The translations under genes and the position numbers were made by a program. Positions 36,735 through 44,142 of a DNA stretch of 44,142 bases are shown here, in pieces; the stretch's first letter is position 1; every line of letters starts with the position of its first letter. Below the pieces are notes generated by a model. It was not told the origin of the DNA and ran no database searches. It saw only the letters and a program-made list of their open reading frames with translations. The stretch is from a virus. Taxonomy: Duplodnaviria; Caudoviricetes. Location: IMG/VR virus record IMGVR_UViG_3300032212_000688, positions 1 through 44,142 of that record; one strand, given 5' to 3'.

Positions 36735-38485
36735 AGCTGCAGCTCCTTGATGGCTTTGTCGCGGGCTGTGTTGGCGATTGCTTCAACTTCATCGCTGCCA
36801 AGCTCGTGACGCCATTTATTAAAATTGGTTGAGGTGTTGAAGGCCTTGTAATCGATCATTCCCAACTTATCCAGTACCAGGTTGCGGATATGCGAATGCA
36901 TGATTTGAGCCGCGTCTATGCTTATTTCATTACGTTGAACCTTTCTCTTAATGCTGTTGAATATTTCGCGTTCTATCACTGCTGAGGCATCAACCAGGCT
37001 TTTAACATCGGTCAAGGCTGCCGCGGTATAGGTGGTGCCGTCGTGCCCTACCGCCACAATCTTGCTGACACCTGGCAGGGTTGAAACGCGCAGATCAGGG
37101 ATGGATAGCGACGAACTACTCGGGTGATTGTGGGTAATCTCTAGGCGGTTGCCAGGCTGTTGCAGCATGACCATCTGGTGCCTATCAAAGTCTACTTGTC
37201 GTGGTTTGCGCGATGTCTTGCGCATGAATTCGTTACCTGTGTTGACATCAAAGGCAACCAGGTGCTCCCAGCCTGTTTTTTCTCCCTGGTTTAAAACATA
37301 TTGGCGGGCCTCATGCTGCAGTTCACTAATGCGATCGGATCCGATCAGTGCCGGCGCGTTAGCGGTTGATTTTACAAACAGCTTATCGGTATCGATGCCG
37401 CGGCGCTCGTAGCGCTGTTTTAATACCTTCCAGGGCGTGGCGATTTCGTTTTGCTTTAATAGACCTTGTTGCAAAAGAGCCCGCTTTTTACGCGCTCCCA
37501 GCACCCCCTCTTGTATGTGTGGCGGTTGCTGCTTTAGCCAGTCAATACGTGAGGTGCGAGCCTTACCATCGGCCTCGCTGATCTCGTCAGAAAACACCAC
37601 TACCACATAACTCAAAATATTCGGGTGAGCTGGCCAAGGGCACTGTTCGCGTGTCGGATAAACACCAGCTCCCAGGCCATACAAATTAACGCTGGAATGC
37701 ATATCACAAATATCAGGCCGAGGATGGTTAGGACTAAGCAGATAGCGAAACCCCGCCACATCCGGGTGTGATTCTGCTCCAGCCATGTAGGCCTCGCCGT
37801 GAGCCCGGTTAATCTCTGTACGAAATAGACGCCGCGCCTGAGCATAAGGATTCATCTCCCCGGTCATCAGTTCCCGGCCAAAGGTGCGCGCCACCCGCAT
37901 GGCGTTGGCGTTGTTGATAGCCACCTGGTGGGCCGCGGGTACCGCTTGGCCACGATTGAGAAATTCACGCGCCGCCTGGCTGGAGCTGTGGCCCTGGATT
38001 ACGGCCGATTCAATGTGTCGGGTCACCATCTCTTTGGCGTTGTTATCCAACCGCCAAAGCCGATCAGACAGCTGCACACCGTTGCTGTCGGCAAAGGTAC
38101 GGACAAAATTCACTGCCTCATGGGCGACCTGGTTAAATGAATCTGCAGACACCAGCGCCGCACTATCCTGAAAGGGTTTAATGCCAATCAATGCCGCGCC
38201 GTCGAGGTTGTTATTGAGTAAGGTGTTTCGCGCCTCGGTCAGCTCGTCGAGGCGGGTCTGAATCTGGCCAAGCATGGCGCGCATGCCTTCAAGCCGTAGC
38301 GTGCCGGTGGCGCCGCCGTAGGCATGAATACGCAGCTGAATATCTTTCACCGCTGCCTTATAAATACGCTGCAACCGGGCCAGGGCCTGACGGTCGAGCA
38401 CATTCATAGAGCGACGCGCAGCCGCCGAAGCGCGCCGAATGACGGCCGGGGTGGCGGTGCGTTGGTTGGTGGCGAGGTCGGCCAT
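36731..38485 (-). CDS. MuF-like head morphogenesis protein with C-terminal JAB/MPN-like domain
   Basis: RLFRTEINRAH, DICD, PAHPN; C-terminal E...HNHPSSSSLSIPD. Confidence 0.8.
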   Translation of the reverse strand: MADLATNQRTATPAVIRRASAAARRSMNVLDRQALARLQRIYKAAVKDIQLRIHAYGGATGTLRLEGMRAMLGQIQTRLDELTEARNTLLNNNLDGAALIGIKPFQDSAALVSADSFNQVAHEAVNFVRTFADSNGVQLSDRLWRLDNNAKEMVTRHIESAVIQGHSSSQAAREFLNRGQAVPAAHQVAINNANAMRVARTFGRELMTGEMNPYAQARRLFRTEINRAHGEAYMAGAESHPDVAGFRYLLSPNHPRPDICDMHSSVNLYGLGAGVYPTREQCPWPAHPNILSYVVVVFSDEISEADGKARTSRIDWLKQQPPHIQEGVLGARKKRALLQQGLLKQNEIATPWKVLKQRYERRGIDTDKLFVKSTANAPALIGSDRISELQHEARQYVLNQGEKTGWEHLVAFDVNTGNEFMRKTSRKPRQVDFDRHQMVMLQQPGNRLEITHNHPSSSSLSIPDLRVSTLPGVSKIVAVGHDGTTYTAAALTDVKSLVDASAVIEREIFNSIKRKVQRNEISIDAAQIMHSHIRNLVLDKLGMIDYKAFNTSTNFNKWRHELGSDEVEAIANTARDKAIKELQL

Positions 38486-39864
38486 TAGTTGCTGATACTC
38501 GTCGCTGATTCACCCTTACGGGCATTATTCGGCGTGACTGATACCCGCGGCCGAGGTTTGTCCAGGTCGTGCTCGTCGCCTTCGTCGCTACCATAAACGT
38601 CTTTATGTTTTTGTTCGGCCTTGCGTTGTTCCAACACCTTGGTCGGGTTCTGGCCGGCTGTGCGCCAGACTGTTTCTTTAGGTAGGCCCAAAGCCTGGTA
38701 TTTAAGAGCCAGATCGGCACGCTGGTTGAGGCTGTCTGTTTTCCGCTCGGCAAATTTGACGGCAAAATCGTAGTTCATCGGGTTGATACCCTTCAGCAAC
38801 AAGTGCAACTCAAAGCCCTGCTGATACACCCAGGCGTGCGTTTCTTGCAGGGCGTCGACCTCTTCAAAAAAATCCTTTTTCAGATCTTCGAGAATGTCGC
38901 GGCTTAGGTCTTTGTTATAACCAAGCATGCCGGCCGGCATGGGCGTGCCTGCAAGAAATGAATCAAGTAGATAAGCAACGTCAGCTATCTGGTCGAGGTT
39001 GGCATCGCCCTGAATTGATTGAACGGTGGTTTTTTTGTTGCTGAAAAAATCAGTATTCTGTTCGCCTTGTTCGTTGTAGACCTTGTTTTCGTATTTCTCT
39101 AACTCTTCTTCGTCTGCACCCTCAAGCGAATGCGACAAGCGATTCGGTGCACGCACATGGCGACGTTTAACCAGATCGCTTTCGGTCATGGTTAGCTGTA
39201 GATATTTTTGCCGACATGAATCCAGTAAGGGCCGACCAGAACAACCCCAATCATCATAGTTATCCGGTGAGAGGCGGCCCATGGTGAGCTGCCACAGTGC
39301 AAAGCTAGCCGTTGCCCGGCCATAGATCATGTCGATCTGTTCATAGGCCGCTTGTGGGTTTTCAAACACACCGTTTTCGCCGACTACAGGGCGGATAGTT
39401 TCGGCCGGCATGCGCACGCCCTGCACCACCCGCGGCGAGAGTTTATCAATCACCCATTGCATGGGCAGGTTGCCCTCCATGATCAGGCCACGGGCGTCGG
39501 ATTCGAGTTTTTCCTGTCGGTCCAAGTGGAGGCGTTTTACGAACTGTTTCCACTCTCTGATTAAACGGGTCTTGTCGCTGGCAATTTCCAGCATCAGACC
39601 GCCTTTTACAATCGCTCTGGCAGTGCGTTGGTGGACCTTTTTCACCCGCGTATCGTCGCGGTCCATCTTGCGGATATCAAGGATTGCAGCTCTTACGCTG
39701 GGGTCGACAAACTCCCAGGCGTACTGATATTTCATCTGTTGCTCAGGGGTAGGGGTTTTGCCTGTGCGGGTGGTGTTGGGTAGCTCTTTACCCGGTACCG
39801 GCGTTACCTCGCCTGCCACCGGCTTGCCATTGCCCCAATGATTAAACCATTCGCCGATCGCCAT
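38485..39864 (-). CDS. Portal protein
   Basis: Lies between TerL and MuF; TAATG coupling gives the start MAIGEW. Confidence 0.8.
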   Translation of the reverse strand: MAIGEWFNHWGNGKPVAGEVTPVPGKELPNTTRTGKTPTPEQQMKYQYAWEFVDPSVRAAILDIRKMDRDDTRVKKVHQRTARAIVKGGLMLEIASDKTRLIREWKQFVKRLHLDRQEKLESDARGLIMEGNLPMQWVIDKLSPRVVQGVRMPAETIRPVVGENGVFENPQAAYEQIDMIYGRATASFALWQLTMGRLSPDNYDDWGCSGRPLLDSCRQKYLQLTMTESDLVKRRHVRAPNRLSHSLEGADEEELEKYENKVYNEQGEQNTDFFSNKKTTVQSIQGDANLDQIADVAYLLDSFLAGTPMPAGMLGYNKDLSRDILEDLKKDFFEEVDALQETHAWVYQQGFELHLLLKGINPMNYDFAVKFAERKTDSLNQRADLALKYQALGLPKETVWRTAGQNPTKVLEQRKAEQKHKDVYGSDEGDEHDLDKPRPRVSVTPNNARKGESATSISN

Positions 39865-41519
39865 TAATGCGCCCTCGTCCGTTTGCCTGTTTGATGCAAC
39901 CAGGCCAACCATTGATAGGCCATGATTAAGCGCTGTAGTTGTCCGGGTGTGTGTTGTTGGATTGCCTGGGGTTCTTTGCGCACCCGCACCACGGTGCAAG
40001 CTGGTGCTGCCCCTTGTGATCCCAGCGCCCACACTGAGGCCATGCAGGCATCGAAAAGATCATCACCAAGCTTAGTATTCACCATCTTGTAACTGCTGTA
40101 TGAGGCCTTGGTGTGTTCGGTTTTTATATTGGTGAGCTGTCGCACCAGGGTGCGCAGGTCGGCGGTGTCTGGATCGTTTATATCCAGGTCGTCAAAGTAA
40201 GGCACGGCGGCCATTGAATTGTGAAAACACTTGCGCACGGCCTGGGCCATGATGTGCTTGGTCATGCCTTCAAAACGAATCGGGGCGAAAGGCCAATCGG
40301 GCCAGTTGCTGGCAGTGCTTTGGCCGTCGCCGATAGCCTTGATGTCGATGGTGGTTAGTTTTTCAGCTAACAGGCGATGGTTAACAGAGGTGATCAGACC
40401 AATACCGAAGGCGTCGCCCATGGCGTAATCCGGCCGGAAATAAGCCCAGATTCCAATCAAATCATTTTCGATGATCTTTTCATCGGTACCGGCTGCCCAG
40501 GTCTTGGCAAAGATCACACAAATAAAGTTGCCGATCTGCTCGGTGATCACCACGGCCGACTTGGAGGCTTGGGGGTTTTCACCATGGCCGGTGTGGTCAT
40601 AGCCCAGCCCTAACATGCCGCGTTTTTTGTATTGCATGCCTGGCAGTGGCTGGGCCAGTTCGATGCCTGCCTCGAGGCCGATCTGCATGGCCTTGCGGAC
40701 GTATTTTTCCCATACCAGATTGCGCGCTGAAACGTTTTTACACAGCAGTTGACGGATGTACTCGTCTGGGCTGAGCTCGTTTTTCATGTCGGTAATGAAT
40801 TTGCGGTTGATGATGCCCATCTGCATGCCGAGGTAGGCGTTAACGGTGGTGAGGACGTGATACTTGCCGTTTTTAACCATCTCGGCCAGGGTGTCGGCGC
40901 CTTTGAAAACACCGGTGATTCTAATAATCGGATCTTTGATGTTGCTCTGGTCGGCACCCATGCGCCGATTAGAGCCCAGCATCAAAAGGAAATTGCTATA
41001 CAGTCGATCCTTGGGCATGTCGTCGACCTCTTCGAGGCTGGCGATGGTGAGGTCGCCGCCGTCGACTTGCGACATGATGCCGTAGGAACGCGCTAGCGAA
41101 TTATTGGAAAACTGGTAATAGGTGTCTGAGCGCTGCCGGCGGCCATCTTTAAACGCCAGGTAGTTGTCGAGAATGTCAGAGCGACGGGTGGCGTCGGTGT
41201 GATAACGCAGGTTTACCTCAGACTGAGCGGCGCGTGGTGCAACGATGCCGAGTTCCTGGTCGGCATTGCAAGCCATATACTCAAGATCCCAGAGTTCCTT
41301 TATTGCTGTTTTACCGGTACGACGACAGGAAAAATCAATCGTATTTTTGTGCTGGTCCATCTCGTGCATTTTCAGCACCTGGGCCGCATCCAGCTCGACG
41401 TTGTGCACATACTTGTGCCATAGCGAGTGATTGCCTGCGTAGCGCATCACCTCGGCCTCAGCGACGTGCTGCAGTTTGACCCGCTGGGCTGATGAGACGC
41501 GTTCAGCCATGGCCATCAT
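39864..41519 (-). CDS. Terminase large subunit
   Basis: RRTGKT Walker A, IASLEE Walker B, GLGYD and DDLFDA nuclease motifs. Confidence 0.88.
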   Translation of the reverse strand: MMAMAERVSSAQRVKLQHVAEAEVMRYAGNHSLWHKYVHNVELDAAQVLKMHEMDQHKNTIDFSCRRTGKTAIKELWDLEYMACNADQELGIVAPRAAQSEVNLRYHTDATRRSDILDNYLAFKDGRRQRSDTYYQFSNNSLARSYGIMSQVDGGDLTIASLEEVDDMPKDRLYSNFLLMLGSNRRMGADQSNIKDPIIRITGVFKGADTLAEMVKNGKYHVLTTVNAYLGMQMGIINRKFITDMKNELSPDEYIRQLLCKNVSARNLVWEKYVRKAMQIGLEAGIELAQPLPGMQYKKRGMLGLGYDHTGHGENPQASKSAVVITEQIGNFICVIFAKTWAAGTDEKIIENDLIGIWAYFRPDYAMGDAFGIGLITSVNHRLLAEKLTTIDIKAIGDGQSTASNWPDWPFAPIRFEGMTKHIMAQAVRKCFHNSMAAVPYFDDLDINDPDTADLRTLVRQLTNIKTEHTKASYSSYKMVNTKLGDDLFDACMASVWALGSQGAAPACTVVRVRKEPQAIQQHTPGQLQRLIMAYQWLAWLHQTGKRTRAH

Positions 41520-42456
41520 CTTCCTGTTGAAACTCGATCAGGATCTCGTCTTGTTCGGTTTGCTGTTTACTGCTTTCGATCATGTCGGCCAGACCTTCCA
41601 GGGCTTCGGTGTTGCGGCGCTGGAAATCGGCCATGGTCTCCTGATCAGCGGCATCTTTGGCCAGGTGGCCCTTGATGATGCTGGTCTCGTCCTGGCCTTT
41701 GGGGGTCATGTTCATATCGGGCATGGCCAGGCCAACCTTGGCCACTGCCTCGAAGATCCGTTTTAGTAGCGGGTGTTCGGTGTGTTCGTTGATGATTACA
41801 TCATTGCCCGTGTGCTGGTCTTTGTATTTGAATACATGACAACAACCGTCTTTGTCATAATACATCCTTGGCGCAGTCAGGCGGGCGCCATCTTTTGCGA
41901 CGATGTAAATCATCTCGTCGATCAATGAATGCAGCGAGGCCATGCGATCGGAATGCAGATCCATTAAGGCGCGTGGATCCTGGGTTGAAAAAGCAATCTG
42001 ATAACGCAGGTTTATCTCAGCCCGTTTCAGGCAGCCCTTTTGTGTCTCACAGACACTTTCAAGGTATTCGCAACCCTCGCAAATCTCATACTGACCGGGT
42101 CGGGCCGGGAAATATCGCGCTACCTTGGCATCGTTGCCGTGGGTCATGGCATTAAAGCGGGTAATCAAGGCCTCTTGTGGGGTTGGGTGGCCGGCGATGT
42201 TGCTGGTGACTGCCGCGATACCTTCGGCCGAGGTTGGTCCGGTGGCATTGGCGTGACCTTTCCAGATATTGATTTGCCACCAGGCTTGATTCGCCTCATC
42301 ACCGCAACGAGGGCACTGGGCAAAGTAGCTAAACGGATGCCAAGGACGATCCGGGGCATCCTCGTGACGATCCGGGCTCGCTTCAAACTTGGTTTTACAG
42401 CCCACGCAAATAAAATTTACGGTGGGCTTTGGTGTGTGAATCGGGCTCTCTGACAT
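41503..42456 (-). CDS. Putative terminase small subunit with Cys clusters
   Basis: Upstream of TerL; TGPTSAEG...FNAMTHG motif; several CxxC. Confidence 0.6.
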   Translation of the reverse strand: MSESPIHTPKPTVNFICVGCKTKFEASPDRHEDAPDRPWHPFSYFAQCPRCGDEANQAWWQINIWKGHANATGPTSAEGIAAVTSNIAGHPTPQEALITRFNAMTHGNDAKVARYFPARPGQYEICEGCEYLESVCETQKGCLKRAEINLRYQIAFSTQDPRALMDLHSDRMASLHSLIDEMIYIVAKDGARLTAPRMYYDKDGCCHVFKYKDQHTGNDVIINEHTEHPLLKRIFEAVAKVGLAMPDMNMTPKGQDETSIIKGHLAKDAADQETMADFQRRNTEALEGLADMIESSKQQTEQDEILIEFQQEDDGHG

Positions 42457-42478
42457 TTAGCCAGAATCGGTGAAAAAG

Positions 42479-42508
42479 CAAGACAAAACAACGGGGTAGT
42501 ATGTCTTG
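42479..42508. promoter_or_regulatory. Late-promoter dyad, copy 2
   Basis: CAAGACAAAACAACGG-N5-TATGTCTTG. Confidence 0.6.
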
Positions 42509-42567
42509 TGAATGGTTAGTTCAGTGTCACACGCCTAGCAACTGTTTTAAGTGTAAAATCACCGCCC

Positions 42568-44142
42568 ATGGAGGGAAAAAACGCAGTTATCTACGCCCGT
42601 GTTAGCACCACAGGCCAAGCAGAGGAAGAGTTGCCGATCGAGGGGCAAGTCGAGCGCTGCCGTAAAAAAGTCGAGGAGCTGGGCGCGACTGTCGTGCGTG
42701 AGTTTGTTGATGATGGCCGCTCTGGTCGCAACGATTCACGGCCTGCCTTTCAGGACATCATGACCTATTGCGATGTGCATAGCCCCGATTACCTGATCAC
42801 CTGGTCAACGTCTCGATTTTTTCGCAACAAAATAGACGCCGGCCTATATAAGCGCCAGCTCGATAAGCTTGGCGTTGAAATCATTTATGTGTCCACCCCA
42901 ATTGATCGAGAATCAGATACCGGTTGGCTGCTTGAAGGTGTGCTGGAAATTGTCGATGAATGGTATAGCCGCCAAGTTTCTAGCGACACCATGCGATCCA
43001 TGCTCAAAAATGCCCATGATGGTTTTTGGAACGGTGGCCAGCCGCCGTTTGGCTATAAGCCTGTGCCCTCTCCTGATAACCCAAAAAGAAAAAAACTTGT
43101 TATCAATGATGGCGAGGCGGATCTGGTTAAAAAAATCTTTAAGTTGCGCCTAGATGGGCATGGAGCAAAAGCGATTTCTGTCAGCCTGAATCAACAAGGC
43201 CTGAGCCATAGAGGTAAGCCCTGGAATAATAAAGGCGTGCTTTATATCTTGAAGTCAGAGGCCGTAACTGGCCAGACTGTTTTTGGCCGAAGAGACAAAC
43301 GAACCGGCAGAAATAAGCCACGTGATGAGTGGGTGGTGGTGGATTCGCATAAGCCTATTATTGAGAAGGAACAATGGGACACTGTTCAGCAAATTATCGG
43401 CGCCGCCTCGCCAAATCCTGACACCGGATCCCCTAAAAGCTCATTTGTTTTTTCCGGTCTACTCAAGTGCTCATGTGGTGCCACTATGCAGGTGGTTAGC
43501 GGCGGCCGAAAAAATCAGATCAGGCACTACTATAAGTGCCGTGACAAAACTCAATATCATCGGTGTGATGCCCCGCCAATCCCAGCCGTGGAACTCGATA
43601 ATTTTCTAATTGAGATGCTGTTAAGTCAGGCATTAACGCCAGCCGCCTTGAATACCCTTATCACTGAGCTAAAAGCCGCCAATGATTCGTGGGGCAAAGA
43701 CAACCAAAAACGCCGGCAACAGCTGTCGACCCAATTATCTGCAGCTAAAGGCAAGCTAGAGCGACTCTATGACTCCCTAGAAACTGGCGAGTTGAATTTG
43801 TCCGACCTTGCGCCGCGCATCAAACAGCACAAAAACACCATCGGCAGGCTAGAGGGTGAGATAAAATTAATCGATTCCGAAAAACCACCACAAACGAACA
43901 TCAGCGAAGGTGATACCGAGGCTATAGCTGAGGAGTTGCGGTATATTTTGACCTCTTACCAAGACCCGAAAGTATTAAGAGCTTTTTTCTCAACCTTTGT
44001 AACTAAACTTGAAATAAAGGACGGAAATGTAATTATGAATTTTGATAAACGGAAGATCATAACCGCCGCGGCCTCGGGCGTTAGTGATAAGACCCGCTCG
44101 GGGCGCCATTTCTCTCATTTCCTGTTTCTTTATATAAAATAA
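42568..44142 (+). CDS. Large serine recombinase (phage integrase)
   Basis: YARVST catalytic Ser, SG...RP, SRFFRN, PPFGY, zinc ribbon (LLKCSCG...YYKC) and coiled coil. Confidence 0.95.
   Translation: MEGKNAVIYARVSTTGQAEEELPIEGQVERCRKKVEELGATVVREFVDDGRSGRNDSRPAFQDIMTYCDVHSPDYLITWSTSRFFRNKIDAGLYKRQLDKLGVEIIYVSTPIDRESDTGWLLEGVLEIVDEWYSRQVSSDTMRSMLKNAHDGFWNGGQPPFGYKPVPSPDNPKRKKLVINDGEADLVKKIFKLRLDGHGAKAISVSLNQQGLSHRGKPWNNKGVLYILKSEAVTGQTVFGRRDKRTGRNKPRDEWVVVDSHKPIIEKEQWDTVQQIIGAASPNPDTGSPKSSFVFSGLLKCSCGATMQVVSGGRKNQIRHYYKCRDKTQYHRCDAPPIPAVELDNFLIEMLLSQALTPAALNTLITELKAANDSWGKDNQKRRQQLSTQLSAAKGKLERLYDSLETGELNLSDLAPRIKQHKNTIGRLEGEIKLIDSEKPPQTNISEGDTEAIAEELRYILTSYQDPKVLRAFFSTFVTKLEIKDGNVIMNFDKRKIITAAASGVSDKTRSGRHFSHFLFLYIK

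Larger units (their letters stand above)
1..44142. mobile_element. Temperate phage/prophage: Mu/B3-like head, siphovirus-like tail, serine integrase
   Basis: Packaging, head, lysis, tail, immunity, replication and integrase modules are present in a coherent order; att sites were not located. Confidence 0.93.

Noticed and set aside
39865-40032. N-terminal extension of the portal ORF in the track
   Set aside because: It overlaps TerL; the TAATG-coupled start at 39864 is more plausible
16786-42453. Numerous plus-strand ORFs within the late region
   Set aside because: They are antisense shadows of well-supported minus-strand genes and show no motifs
44040-44142. attL/attR at the window ends
   Set aside because: No matching repeat was seen between the two ends, and flanking sequence is unavailable

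Overview
The window is an apparently near-complete ~44 kb temperate phage or prophage, probably proteobacterial, with a long non-contractile tail. It is bounded by the stop codons of a Mor/C-like activator gene (left) and a large serine recombinase gene (right). Almost all genes are on the minus strand. The Mu/B3-like head module comprises terminase, portal, MuF and a fused protease-scaffold-capsid gene, followed by lysis genes and a lambda-like tail tip. The early region has an HTH repressor, an RHH protein, a CII-like protein, two tyrosine recombinases, a CHC2-TOPRIM primase/helicase and a C4-RNA/Rha antirepressor module. No DDE transposase is visible. Features not explained by the ORF track: (1) an integrase-less integron-like array at 8087-10590, with an attI-like site, three full attC-like hairpins and a truncated fourth. 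Its four cassettes have matching GTT..AAC core pairs, and every cassette gene is inverted so that it runs in the phage early-operon direction. (2) An orphan REC-ANTAR RNA-binding regulator next to a twin-hexaloop RNA motif. (3) A repeated structured leader and a repeated dyad upstream of late genes. (4) A MuF-JAB fusion followed by a candidate immunity gene. (5) A tail-tip gene split within a domain. All functional calls come from motif recognition by eye; no searches were run.
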